NCBI RefSeq assembly: GCF_018350175.1
Contig: NC_058368.1
Location: 206,586,001-206,650,000 of the forward strand
Length of the DNA: 64,000 nt
Source: Felis catus
Lineage: Eukaryota
Reading direction: 5' to 3'
Positions 24,547 to 37,867 of this stretch are shown in pieces. Every line of letters begins with the position of its first letter. Within the stretch, counting starts at the first letter, position 1. The notes beneath the pieces are model-generated. The model saw nothing but the letters and a program-made list of their open reading frames with translations. It searched no databases and was not told the origin of the DNA. The translations under genes were made by a program, and so were the position numbers.

Positions 24547-27500
24547 TTTGAGAGTCTTGAACATTTGTTTGAGGCTGTACTTTTTGTGGCTTGTCTGGGC
24601 TCAGAGTAATTCATGTCCTAGTGACGAGTCCTTCTATTGGCTGAAAGTGAAGCCTGTTCCATTATTATCAGATATTATAGAGATAGTGCAAACCTTAGAA
24701 AAATACTTTGTAGTATAATGGAAATTTAAATATCTGTGAAGTTATAGCCGTGAAAATTATCTGTGGTAAGACCTTGCCAGGAGGATCGTTCTGGTGTTTG
24801 TTGTGAAGCAGTTTTCTATGAAACACTTTCTTTCCCTTGTTTCCCTGGGGCAGAATTGATAATTGTAGGTTACCTTCTTGACATTTCTTTTTTATAGTCC
24901 TTAAGCTCCTTTTCCCTCAAAAGTATTAGAGTTCCTGCCACCGGTGGGTTCTCCTCACTAACTCACTATCACTATCCTTCAGTGTAGAGACTCTGGAAAT
25001 CCCCTCTGACATCCTTTCTTGCCAATTTCGTCTCTGGTTGCCCGCCCACAGTATTTTTTCCCCTAATCTGGTCAGTCATCTGTGACTTATTTTAGCACAT
25101 GCAGCACTTCAGAGTTTGACATAGTAGCGTGCTGCACAGATTTGAAGAGAGAGCTTTCCAGTGGCACACTGACCATAAGTTGCCTCAAAGAATAATAGTT
25201 AAAGCTCTTTGGATGTGGGAAGAAGGCTCTGGAGAGCAAGAATTTCTCCCCTGGGGTGTATGTGGTTTTGGGGCTAATCAGAAGCATTTCCGCATCATAA
25301 GGAGTTCTTTGCAAACTTCTGGTTCTTCAAGGTTCATTGACAAGGTGGTTTTAAGAGCTCAGTCCTCAAAGACATCTGTAAAACTTTTGAGTTATAGCCT
25401 CACCCTCTACTGTTCGAAAACATTTTTGGAATTTTAGTATGCATATATTCATTCTAATATTAATAGGAAAATATTTTTGATCCTTGGTTCTTATTTTGAA
25501 GTTAAGAGGAAGAAAAACACCAATGAATATTTTTTGAGCACATGCTAATGACAGGCCAGACACAGGTATTTTATTCAGCCCATACTGGTGTCAATGAAAG
25601 CAGAAACCAGATAGTCCCTGAGACTGTCAAAACCCAGTGGAGGAGACTGGCTGAGCAAGCAATGAACAGCAAGCTTGGGTCAAGGAATGGAAGAGACCTA
25701 ACAGTTGAAGGCTGGTTGCTGGCAACATCCCTTGTGCCCCGAATCCAAATTAGTGTTTTTCTCCTGTTTCTATTCATCACTTTATATCTTGGTGCTTCTT
25801 TATCTCTCTCCTGAGCCAGATTTCCTTTGTCCATGACTATCCCACTCCCCAACCCTTCCCACCTTTTTTTCAGGATCCTGATGTCTGTATCTGTCTTTCT
25901 TCAGGTAGCCTGATTATATTCTTGATTGTTCTTTTTTATTTTTGGAATTTGCACTTGTGAGGTCTCAACATTGGATTAGATTGAGTGTTCAGAGGGAAAT
26001 ATTGCCCTTGATTCTCTTTGGTTTCTTGTGGTCTCTACTCACCATCCCAAACCACCACCTCTGTATTAAATTTGGGTTGCAGTCATTCAAGAGCTGTGCT
26101 GTCCGCTGGTGGCCATGAATGTAAGCTTTATTTTAAATTTAAAGAAATGTTGAAAATAAACATTTTTTTTTTTTTGCAAATTACATCAAACACTTAAAAC
26201 ATTTGGGAATGTTAACATTAACTCTTAATTCAAAATAATTCCATTTATAGAACACATCCTGGTGTTGGCCAATATAAGTGTACTTAAATCTGATATTTTA
26301 TGTATGCCTGACCATGGATCCTTCCTAAAATTCAGTGACCATAAGGATTCAACTTTATAAGGTTAAGCAAGTCTTCCAAGTAATATCCCAGATAACTTTT
26401 TCAAATATAAAATATTTAAACCAACAAGGAAATTATAAAAACATATATAAGTTATACTTTAGGGCTTAATTAAAGGGCTATCTGAATACAGATACCAGAT
26501 AGCTTTGCTGTCTGCTGATAAGACTGAAGATGAAAAATCTCACAAGGGTATTTGCATTCTAATCAGTGACTTCTGAACACCCAAAGCACAAGGTTTAAAG
26601 GTTGACCTTTGTTAGTGAACTGTTCTGTCACATTTTAGTTTTGCATTTCCTTGAATCACAGCAGGTAACCTGGGCTTGGTCTTGACTCAGCTGTTCAGAA
26701 AGGTTAACATAAAACAACTTTTTTTTTTTGCTTATGGAAATGCCTGTCCCAGATCTGATCAGTAGCCACATGGTGTAATTCATAATAAAATGCACGAGAT
26801 AATTTATTATAAAATACAGGGTTTAACTTATAATAAACTTGATCCAAGAATATAAACATAGTTTAGCCAACTTGTGTTCAGCCTAGTGGGCTCTTTTTTG
26901 GGTCTAAGGTCGGTGACAGCTTTTTGGCTTTTAGAACTTGGTGTCTGGTTCTGGGGAAGGACAATGTGATTTTGGTGCAGGACAACTGGCTTGAATAGTT
27001 TCTTTTCTTTTTGAAGTACAGGTATGAAGATAAGATTAAATACATTTCCTTGCCATTGTGCCATACTTAGCTTTCAAGTTTCATATTATATATATATAAT
27101 AAAAATTATGCTTTATGCTCTACTAGCTTCTGAAAAAAAATCTGAAGCTGAATACAGGAGTATTATCCATGCAAAGTCTCATATTGACCCCGATGTCCTG
27201 AGATCTTCCTTGTAGAGAAAGGCAGATTATGCCTTAGACCATTTCTTTTTCTAACACCACTTTACATAAGGAATACTGGAAAGTTTAGCACTTTATTTTT
27301 CCATGGAATTTTGCCAGGAATTTTGCCAACCCCCATCCACTCTATCCAAGTAGGGAAATTAGATTTCCTCACTTTATACTACCTCGTTAACTATATGTGT
27401 GTGTACACGTTTACAGTCTCACAAATGTGAACTTTTCTATTTTTTCTTTTTCTCTAACATCACACACTTAGAACCACGAAGATCAAGAGTGTCTGTGACA

Positions 27501-27656
27501 GTTCCTGGCCTTTTTGTTCTTCTTCCCTCTTTGCTGCAAACGGATAGAATGGGTATCAGTGTTAGTGTCCATATCTTTCTGTGGTGTCATGTTTTATAGT
27601 TTGGCATAGTTTTTTACGTTTATTAATTTTTGGTGGCTATTTTCAGAATGATAGTT

Positions 27657-27884
27657 GTTTTTATTAAAAAAGATTTTTTTTACATTTATTTTATTTTTGA
27701 GAGGCACGGAGAGACAGAGCACAAATGGGGGAGGGGCAGAGAGCGAAGGAGACAGAATCCGAAGCAGGCTCCAGGCTCTGAGGTGTCAGCGCAGAGCCCG
27801 ACACGGGGCTCAAGCTCACAAACCAAGAGATCGTGACCTGAGCCGAAGTTGGAGGCTTAACCGACTGAGCCACCCAGGCACCCC
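27657..27884 (-). mobile_element. Can-SINE (SINEC_Fc-like)
   Basis: Reverse SINEC; TSD tcagaatg(a/g)ta(g/a)tt. Confidence 0.95.
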
Positions 27885-30800
27885 TCAGAATGGTAATTTT
27901 GAGCTTGAAAGACCCGAATGTCTAGCCTTTTGATGACAGACAGTTTGAGGACTAGAGGCATGCTGAATAAATTGACTCCAGTGTCCTGCTAGCAGTGTTC
28001 TGTCCAAAAGCCACCACTCCTGAGCCCTTGTGAAACAGTGGGCTCTTATCATTAACCTTTCCTTAGGGAAATAGAAGACTTGGATCACAATTCCAAGCTA
28101 AAATTTTTACTTTGGGAATTTTGTGCACACTCAGATATGCAAATTTTTGTTCACTTTGTACCAGTCTACCAAGTGGCAACTCAAAACCTTTTGCTTTGGA
28201 TAAAACCCAGTTTGGAGCATTTAAGGTACCTTGTCTATTTAGTAATACTACTCTTCTCCTAACATGTTTTCTCCTTTGCCTACAAAATTCCCAATTCCAT
28301 GTGGCAATTCACACCTGTTTTAGTGTAGTAGAAATGTAAAACCATGGCTTAGCTTTAAAGACCTGATGGTCAAAACAAACAAATAAACAATCCAACAACA
28401 ACAAAAAAACCCTCTGTCTTTTGTTTAGCTAAAGTTTCTCCTTTTTATACATTTTACCCCTTAAGTCCTATTTCTTAACCCTGTCTTCGCCTTAGAGATC
28501 TCCACATATACCTTAAAGGAGAAATTTGGGCAGAATACCAAACTCCTAACACGTTGCCAAAGCAGTGGCAAGATAAAAATGTGAGTTGACTTTCTCTGGC
28601 CCTGTTGTTCATTGACACATAGAAGTGTCATTCTGTGTCTAGTACTCCTTTGGCCCTCAACTCTGCAACAGAAGTTGCCTTTGTATTTCATCAGTTTTCC
28701 AAACGTTGCAGAATTTGACTTGACCCTTGCCCTCTTTGGGGAAATAAATTCAATACAGCGTTTCACATCAGGAGTCTACTAAAATTGTGAGCTCTCTAAA
28801 TGCAAATTCTTCTCTTTAGTTCTATGTGATTGCTTTAACAAACACAAAAACAATTCACAACAAAATACAAGAAATAACTTCCCTGCCTTATTTCAGGTGG
28901 ACACACTTGTTGAAATCTGCTTTGTTCTCTACAGGCAGTCCTGTATTTGGGAGCCGATATCTCTTACTGATTTTTCAGTACTAAATATAATTTGATTCTC
29001 AAGATTAAACAATTAAAACTAAATGTGTATATGTACATATATATTATGTATAATATATATATTTTATGCATATAATTACATATGGAATTGTTATCATTAG
29101 CATCTTCTTTAATATTTGTGAAACATCTACCATATGCATAGTGTCAGGCATTTAGGCGTGGTGGGGAATGCAAAGAATTGTCCAAATTTGTAGTGTGCCC
29201 TCAAGGGTCTTGACTTTGAGTTAGGCAGACAGGTACATTATTTAAGAAGATGTGAATAACTATCTAGATAGGATGCTGTGAGTACCAGAGTACAGTCTCT
29301 GGAAGAGGCTGTAAGTGTTACTGGAATTCATGCCATGCCTGTGGAGGTCAGTGCTCTGAAGGTTTTACAAAGAAGGTAGTCCTACCATGTCTGAAATGGA
29401 ATGGTTGAAGGGTGGGGCACAGAGATCTGAGTCACGTGGATGAATGGGAAGACAGCTGTCTGAGGTATTCTTTTCTTTCCAGAGAAATAATAAGAAGGAT
29501 GACATTGATGAAAGACAAGCAGCATAGGAAGAGGTCTTCTAGTCTCGATCACAAGTTGTGTGACTTCAAGTAGGTCACTTACTGTCTTGTTAGCTCATTT
29601 GCCATATTTGTAAAATGAAGGCTGGTTCACTCTTTGAAGGACAAGTTTTTGAGACAGAAGGTTAGCCAGAAAAGTCTAAGCAATTTGTTTATGAAATAGG
29701 AACTATATAGATTACTTTCTGCTCAGTAATAAAATCATCAAAGGATCATCATTCTAAGGTACTGTCAGTTTTTAATCATGATCAGAGGATGGCTTTGGTA
29801 AAGGGCCATCACATATGTGCTGAGAAACACAGTGAAATGGAATGCATAAAACTAGGTAAGATTAATAGCAGTGGGTCTTAGGTGGTTGCAGAAATGTTTG
29901 AGAGTTTAATCAATGAAGTGACAGGATCTAAAGTTTAAATTTATAATTTAGTTATATTCTGAATGTGCAAAGCTCATGTTCTTATTATGATACAGTGAGT
30001 TCCCCAAACTGTAGGTTTTAAGCTAAACAATGTCATGGGTTTTAAGTTACACAAGAGATTTGAGTGTTACATTTCAATCATGACTTCTCATTAAACATCC
30101 CCAATTTTCCCACGAGTGAGCTAGAATCCAATTCAAAATAGGCTGCAGTGAGTGAGACTTGAAAAAATAGAAATGTACAGCAGTGGTCACAGGAGAAGTG
30201 AAATAGAGGCAGTGCACTCCCACAACAGTTCATAGGCTTATGGAGAGTGAGGAGTGATCTGAAAATATACCAGAGAGGAAATGGGTATGTGAAGAGAGTC
30301 TTGGAGGAGAGACAGATAGGAATCATGACCATAATTCAACTCAGTGGGAACCTAAAAAATGTGACACACAAAACTCAAGGACCTCAGTTCTGCTTTAAAG
30401 GTTGAGGGAAGTAGAACAAGGATCATGGCACTGGGAACACTACGACCAAATGATGACTTCTCACCTTCAGTTCACATGAAAGGGTTTACTTTGCTCCCCC
30501 TGCTACTCCCACCACAAAATGTGCACATATTTCTAGGTAAATTGAGTGAAAGTTTTAAATTGTGTTTTATTATAGAGGTCAAGAAAATAACCTACCCTAA
30601 AACTGTCTTTAAATATTCAGAAAAGGATGCAAATATTAAGTTAGGTCTAAACTCTCTGTTAACTAGAGGATCCAAATGAAAGTAACATTGAAATCATCCT
30701 TTTGCTTACGAGATTGAAGAAAAATAATCATGTGTCAGATGGTGTCTGTGCCCTACCCATATCCCTTTGGCTGACCCCAGAGATTGCCTGCAGATACTTC

Positions 30801-30976
30801 TTAGACATGCCAATATTTTCTTGTGTCTTTGTTGGAGAGCATTCTCTGGATATAGCAGCATGCACAGGACAGATGGAGAGTAAATGAAAGATAATGCTTT
30901 GAAGTGACCCTCCCTCAACCATTGAGGGTTAAACCATTGAGGGAGAAATACTCCCTTGCTTTTCTTTGAGATAATT

Positions 30977-31186
30977 TTTTCTTTTTTTCTTTTAAAGAGA
31001 GAGTGCGTGAGAGCGAGAGTAAGTGAGCAAGCAGGGGGAGGGGCAGAGGGAGAGAGAGAAAATTCCAAGCAGGCACCATGCTCAGCGCAGAGCCTGGTGC
31101 AGAGCTTGATCCCACGACCCTGGGATCCTGACCTGAGCTGAAATCAAGAGTCGGATGCTTGACCAACTGAGTCACTCAGGTGCCCC
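30977..31186 (-). mobile_element. Can-SINE
   Basis: Reverse SINEC; perfect TSD tctttgagataatt. Confidence 0.96.
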
Positions 31187-31219
31187 TCTTTGAGATAATT
31201 CTAAATTGTGTTCCCTGCA

Positions 31220-31727
31220 TCCTTTCTGAAGGTCTCCAGAATGATTGACTGTAGTTTTCCCATAGAATAAGGTGACTAACTCCTTCCAGATTTTTTGTGA
31301 CTGTCCCAATTTTAGTTTGGAAAGCCCTGTGTTGTGAGAACTTTCTCAATTCCACATAACCTGGGATAGTTGACCACTCTACCATAAAGGTAGCTGGTTA
31401 GTCTTACTCTTTATTGGTTTCCTCCTTTTCATGTTTCACTTCCCCACTCCCTCACAGTGATTCCTGGCATTGTCTCCTAAAAAAACTGCTGCACGGGGCG
31501 CCTGGGTGGCGCAGTCGGTTAAGCGTCCGACTTCAGCCAGGTCACGATCTCGCGGTCCGTGAGTTCGAGCCCCGCGTCAGGCTCTGGGCTGATGGCTCGG
31601 AGCCTGGAGCCTGTTTTGGATTCTGTGTCTACCTCTCTCTCTGCCCCTCCCCCGTTCATGCTCTGTCTCTCTCTGTCCCAAAAATAAATAAAAACGTTGA
31701 AAAAAAAAACTGCTGCATACTTAGATT
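31220..31727 (+). mobile_element. ERVL LTR33-like fragment hosting a MER81-like MITE (about 31268-31380) and a SINE
   Basis: cttccccactccctcacagtgattcctgg...aaactgctgca resembles the LTR33 3' end; aggtgactaac...gttgaccactcta resembles MER81 TIRs. Confidence 0.45.
31495..31702 (+). mobile_element. Very young Can-SINE (SINEC_Fc)
   Basis: CpG-rich head ggggcgcctgggtggcgcagtcggttaagcgtccg; TSD aaaaaaactgctgca. Confidence 0.97.
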
Positions 31728-32755
31728 TATGAATTTTTTTCCCAATGTTTTTCATCTGTACTAGATTCCAAGTTGTTAGGGTGGGAGCCCTGTTTTACTC
31801 AATACAGTCTGTCCACAGACTGCATGAAGCATAGTTCATACTCAGAAAATACTAGTGGAATGATTGGACTCTGTATCATTAACCAAGCAGATTTGATAGA
31901 CATTATTTGCTATTGAGTGTCAATGCCAGTTTATTTGTTCCTCCTGAGTTTCCACAGATACCTGCCACCCATGTTGATCATGCTGTAGGTGATTAGGAAT
32001 AATTTTACAGAAATGATGTATTGCTCAAGTCTTTTACATCTTTTGATCATCATGCTATAAGGCAGCCCAATACAAAAGTTTAAGAAAATACAAATGGAAT
32101 AATGACAAAAATCAACATGTAAGTAGTCTTACCTAGACCAGGTGCTTTAGTATATATTTTCTTCTTTAATTCTCAGAGTAATCTTACCACTTAATATAAT
32201 TATTCCCAGTTTACTGAAAGTTAAAGCTTAGGATTCTTTGTTCATAATCACACACCCAAGCAGGGGCCTTGTTTTTCACCACCAATCCCCTTTCTTTCTT
32301 ATTACATTATGGGATTCACTGTAACTAGCTTGCATATAATCTCCCAAACCCACCCACAATCATAGAATTCTATGGAAAGCAAATTCCAGAGACAAAAAAA
32401 GCATGGGCCACAATGAGTTTGGTCTTCCTGTTAGGTTTTCATGGCATTAATAAAAAATACTCAATCCCAGTGATAGAAATATCTTTGCCATTATCTTCCT
32501 CACAAACACTTGAGAGACTGCAAATCTTTGTCATTTAGCATCATTTAATTTCCTGAATAAAGAAACAAAACAAAACAAAACAAAAAACTGGCGTAGGTAT
32601 ATGTTTATAGTTGATTTTAATTTCCTGTTTGCCCCTATATTATGATTTTCCTTAGTTTGCTTGTGAAAACCATGTATGTTTGAAATATATTTTCTGTCCA
32701 TGTGGCTTCTCTCATCTTAAAACAGCAAACAATCATATATAAGACAATAGTGTCA

Positions 32756-34621
32756 TCAATGCACAGAAATCGGTTGCATTCCTATACACCAACAATGAAG
32801 CGACAGAAAGAGAAATCAAGGAGTCAATTCCATTTACAGTTGCACAAAAAACCATAAAATACCTAGGAGTGAGGTGAAAAATCTGTACGCTGAAAACTAT
32901 AGAAATTTATGAAAGAAATTGAAGAAGACACAAAAAAATGGAAAAAGATTCCATGCTCCTGGATAGGAAGAACTAATATTGTTAAAATGTCGATACTACC
33001 CAAAGCATTCTGCATGTTCAATGTAATCCCTATCAAAATAACACTGGCATTCTTCACAGAGCTAGAACAAATAATCCTAAAATTTGTATGGAACTAGAAA
33101 AGACCCTGAATAGACAAAGCGATCTTGAAAAAGAACACCAAAGCAGGAGGCATCACAATCCCAGACTTCAAGCTATACTACAAAGCTGTAATCATCAAGA
33201 CAGTATGGTACAAGAACAGACACTCAGATCAATGGAACAGAATAGAGAACCCAGACATGGACCCACAAACCTATGGCTATCTCATCTTTGACAGAGCAGG
33301 AAAGAATATCCAATGGAATAAAGACAGTCTCTTCAGCACGTGGTGCTGGGAAAACTGGACAGCGACATGCAGAAGAATGAACCTGGACCACTTTCTGGCA
33401 CCATACACAAAAATAAACTCAAAATGGATGAAAGATGTCAATATAAGACAGGAAACCATCAAAATCCTCGTGGAGAAAGCAGGCAAAAACCTCTTTGATC
33501 TTGCCCGCAGAAACTTCTTACTCAACACGTCTCCGGAGGCAAGGGAAATAAAAGCAAAAATGAACTATCAGAACCTCATCAAAATAAAAAGCTTCTGCAC
33601 AGTGAAGAAAACAATCAGCAAAACTAAAAGGCAACCGACAGAATGGGAGAAGATATTTGCAAATGACATGTCAGATAAAGGGTTAGTATCCAAAATCTAT
33701 AAAGAACTTATCAAACTCCACACCCAAAAAACAAATAATCCAGTGAAGAAATGGGCAAAAGACATGAGTAGACACTTCTCCAAAGAAGACATCCAGATGG
33801 CCAACCAACATGTGAAAAAATGCTCAACATCACTCATCATCAAGGAAACACAAATCAAAACCACAATGAGATACCACCTTATACCTGTCAGAATGGCTAA
33901 CATTAACAACTCGGGCAACAACAGGTGTTGGCAAGGATGCAGAGAAAGAGGATCTCTTTTGCATTGTTGGTGGCCATGCAAGCTGGTGCAGGCACTCTGG
34001 AAAACAGTATGGAGGTTTCTCAAAAAACTAAAAAGAGAACTACCCTATGACCCAGCAATTGCACTACTAGGCATTTATCCAAGGGATACAGGTGTGCTGT
34101 TTTGAAGGGACACATGCACCCCCATGTTTCTAACAGAACTATCAACAATAGCCAAAGTATGGAAAGAGCCCAAATGTCCATCCATGGATGAATGGATAAA
34201 AAAGATGTGGTATATATATATACAATAGAGTATTACTCGGCAATCAAAAAGAATGAAATCTTGACATTTGCAACTATGTGGATGGAACTGGAGGGTATTA
34301 TGCTAAGTGAAATTAGTCAGTCAGAGAAAGACAAAAACCATGTGACTTCACTCATATGAGGACTTTAAGAGACAAAACAGATGAACATAAGGGAAGGGAA
34401 ACAAAAATAATATAAAAACAGGGAGGGGAACAAAACAGAAGAGACTCATAAATATGGAGAACAAGCTGAGGGTTACTGGAGGGGTTGTGGGAGGGGAGAT
34501 GGGCTAAATGGGTAAGGGGCATTAAGGAATCTACTCCTGAAATCATTGTTGCACTATATGCTAACTAATTTGGATGTAAATTTTAAAAATTAAAAATAAA
34601 TAAATAAAAATAAAAATAAAT
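32756..34621 (+). mobile_element. 5'-truncated LINE-1 (copy A): ORF2p C-terminal part plus 3' UTR
   Basis: ORF 33125-34105 gives [14 protein letters not shown]...WCWENW...[13 protein letters not shown]...[21 protein letters not shown] (L1 ORF2p); frameshifts and premature TGA; A tail; perfect TSD aagacaatagtgtca (32741-32755, 34622-34636). Confidence 0.98.
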
Positions 34622-34831
34622 AAGACAATAGTGTCAACAGATAATTTTCTCATTAATTACTTTTTAGATCACTTAGGTGCTTAAATTTGGTTACAACACA
34701 CCTTTTATGCTTGCATGTGTCAGATAGAAAGAGAACATGCAACTAAAATCCTGAGTTCTCCTGCTGCTGAGACTGATTGTGGAGTGTAAGAAAAATTAAA
34801 GTGATAAAGAATGTTTCAGATGTTTATTTGT

Positions 34832-35062
34832 TTATTTGTTTTTTTAAAAAAATTTTTTTTAACGTTTGTTTATTTTTGGGACAGAGAGAAACAGAGCATG
34901 AACAGGGGAGGGGCAGAGAGAGGGGGAAACACAGAATCTGAAACAGGCTCCAGGCTCTGAGCCATCAGCCCAGGGCCTGACGCGGGGCTCGAACTCACGG
35001 ACCGCGAGATCGTGACCTGGCTGAAGTCGGACGCTTAACCGACTGCGCCACCCAGGCGCCCC
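34832..35062 (-). mobile_element. Very young Can-SINE (SINEC_Fc)
   Basis: CpG-rich; perfect TSD tcagatgtttatttgt. Confidence 0.97.
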
Positions 35063-35089
35063 TCAGATGTTTATTTGTAAATGCATTGC

Positions 35090-35242
35090 ATTTCTTTTCT
35101 TTTCCAACTTTGAGGGGAATATGCACTCATAAAAAAAACACAGAGGCATTTCCCTTCGTAACCCTTCTGTACCACCTTGACCACCACTTCTACCCCTAAG
35201 TCATCTCCCTCCCCGGTGGTAACCATGCTACTAGTTTGAGAG

Positions 35243-35292
<50 letters not shown>

Positions 35293-35680
35293 TTCCAGAA
35301 AGAGAGAAAAATAACAGAGATACAACACAATACAATATGTCTTTTAAATTTGATACATTAGTATATCATAAACATCTTAGTAGTAGATATAGCTCAAACT
35401 CATGCTTTTTTAATAGCTTCATCATGTTTTATGGAATGCTTACTCTGTAACTTAATTATTATCCTATTGACAGAAATCTTGACAGAAATATTAACAGATA
35501 TCTCCAATATTTCTCCATTATATAGTATTCTACAGACAATACCTCATATTTGTATCATCTCTGTGAGGAGGGAGTCTGAGAAGAGGATTATCTGATTCAA
35601 AGAGTCTGCACTTTTAAAATGTTGACAGCCTGTTCAGTTACCTTTCAAAGGCTGTGAAAAAGCATGTTCCTATCACACTG
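35090..35680 (-). mobile_element. Ancient L1M fragment containing (GT)n at 35246-35290
   Basis: ccctccccggtggtaaccatgctactagtt...tatagctcaaactcatgctttttaatagct...atcctattgacaga resembles reverse L1ME/L1MC 3' sequence. Confidence 0.55.
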
Positions 35681-36689
35681 TGTGGGTCTGATTATTTCCT
35701 TACATCCTCACAAGCATAAATATTATGAAATAGCTTTTCTTGGGTTCCTGTGAATGCAGGTCCTGAGACAAATATATGCAGATGAAAAAAAAAAAAAAAA
35801 AACTGAAACACCGAGAAAAGCAATTCATAATTCCAAGTGGAATGTGGATAGTGGGAATTGGTGGTTTCTTTTTCTACCAAAAGCCTTTTGATTATATCTT
35901 TAAACCATGGGATTTATTCAAACTCTAAAATTAGAGAAGCTTTCTTCTTGCTCTACAGTTCTATGAGTGATTGTCTCCAACTTTGAGCTGTCAGGGAAAG
36001 TATCATGGGGGGGTACTCTTGATTTGATCTTTGAAGTATGGTCAGATTTCTCTGGGAAGAGAAGAGGGCCATAGCTTTTTCAGGCTGTGAGAAGTACATA
36101 GTCTATCTGGCAAGTAGTCAAGGGTGAAGGATGAAACGGACATTGAAACTGAAAGTTCACAGTTACATGTTGTCGCTAGCCACATTTTCTCTTCCAGTGC
36201 CAGCTTTCACCCTCTTGTCACAGCATTAACTGAAGGTGGAGGCACTGAAGAAGCTGATTCTCCTTATTCTTGGGTGGCTTCTTCCAAGGTGTTGTAACTG
36301 AAGATCAATTAACAGGTCCTTCTAACCCCCCAGTTTTGGCCTCAATCTGTTGTAATGCCTAAATTCTGATTGTTAGGATTATGGTTTCAATTTAAGACAT
36401 AGAAGTCACCCTTGAAAAGGTATTTGTAAAATTGGTAATGGTGATTGGGTTAGCAACAAAGATGATACCACTTTACTATGAATTCACTCATTGGGGTTAA
36501 GTTAGGAGATTATAGATATTTCTTAGCTGTCAAAGAGAAAAGGGGAAGTGGGCTGAAGCAGCGGTCCTTGGCCTGGAATTCCTGAACTCATTGGAGTCTA
36601 AGAACATTAGGATCCATTGGTATGGTGGTGGTGATGATGATGATGATGTTGTCAATGATTTCAGTAATAGAAAAAGCAACAACAAAAGT

Positions 36690-36915
36690 GACTACAAAAA
36701 AAGTTAGAATTCAGTGAGTGCTCATGTTGGACCTTTGTTTACATACATTAATTCATTTCATCCTTACCACACCTGGTGGAGTTGATTTTATTACTCACAT
36801 TTTACAGATGAGGGAACTGAGACTTGAAGAGATAAAGTAATTTGTTGAAGATCACCAGATAGTAAAAGGCAGAACTAGGGTCTGAATGCTGTTATTGTGA
36901 CTCCGAAGCCCATGA
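36690..36915 (-). mobile_element. MIR
   Basis: ctcacattttacagatgagggaactgagacttgaagagataaagtaatttg (MIR core). Confidence 0.8.
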
Positions 36916-37344
36916 CTTGAAAGCACCAGGTCACCAAAGTGACAACCAAAACAAACATTACTTTACATCACCTTCATGTACATTCAAGCCTAGGTGCAGA
37001 GGAAGGTCAGTCCAAATAAGGGGCAGATAGTGGCAGAGCCATGACTCTGGTCCCCTTCTGTGGCAACTTTCAGTTGCGGAAGCTATGGGTAGCTGGGAAC
37101 ACCCTGGCTGTATCCGTTTTTTTTCTCCCTTTGGAGTTCCCATAGTGGGTTACAATCTGCAATGATTTTCTCCTGGTCATGTGTGCCCTACTCATGAATG
37201 CTGCTGATATCAGGACAGAGGAAGAGACCCAGAAATGCTAATTAGAGCATTCTAGGAACAGGTACATTCTAGTTATGTTGCACTATAATTATGTTCAGCA
37301 GTTGGAAGCAGGTTGAGATTACCTTGATTGATTATTGCTCTAGT

Positions 37345-37490
37345 ACTGTGGTTCTTAACCATGGATGATTTTATCCTCCAGGGACAATATCTGGAGATAT
37401 TTTGATTGTCACAACTGGGAATGGGTCGTGTTTATGGCATCAAGTGGGTAGAACTCAGGGATGCTACTAAATATCCTACAATGCACAGAA
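37345..37490. mobile_element. MER20 (hAT-Charlie) fragment
   Basis: tggttcttaacc...caatatctggagatattttgattgtcacaactggg...cagggatgctactaaatatcctacaatgcacag. Confidence 0.8.
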
Positions 37491-37627
37491 CTAATGTAAT
37501 TTTTACATTTTCTACATGACAGAGGAAAACGAATATATTTTTATGGTTCCCTTGCAAAGTTATTATTCATTCTTGCACAGAAGTCATGCCAATTACATGT
37601 GAAAATGTGGTTCACTTACACAGAAGG

Positions 37628-37867
37628 TCCTTCTCCTCCTCTTTCCCCCTCCTCCTTTTCATCTTCTCCTCCTCCTTCTCCTAGACCTTCTCCTTTTCCT
37701 TATCCTCCTCGTCTTCTGCTTCCTCCTCCTCCTTGTCCTCCTTCTTCTAGTCCTCCTTTCCCTTTTTCCCCTCCTCCTCCTTCTCCTTCTTCTAGTCCTC
37801 TTTGTCCTCTTCTTTCTTGTCCTCCTCCTAGCCCTCCTCCTCTTCCTTCTCCTCCCCCTACTCCTTT
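37628..37867. repeat. Polypyrimidine (CCT/CTT)n low-complexity tract
   Basis: About 240 bp almost purely C/T; a C17 run follows at 37965-37981. Confidence 0.93.

Noticed and set aside
33125..34105. 326-aa ORF as a functional host gene
   Set aside because: It is a C-terminal L1 ORF2p fragment in a 5'-truncated copy with TSDs, an upstream frameshift, no endonuclease or RT core, and a premature stop.
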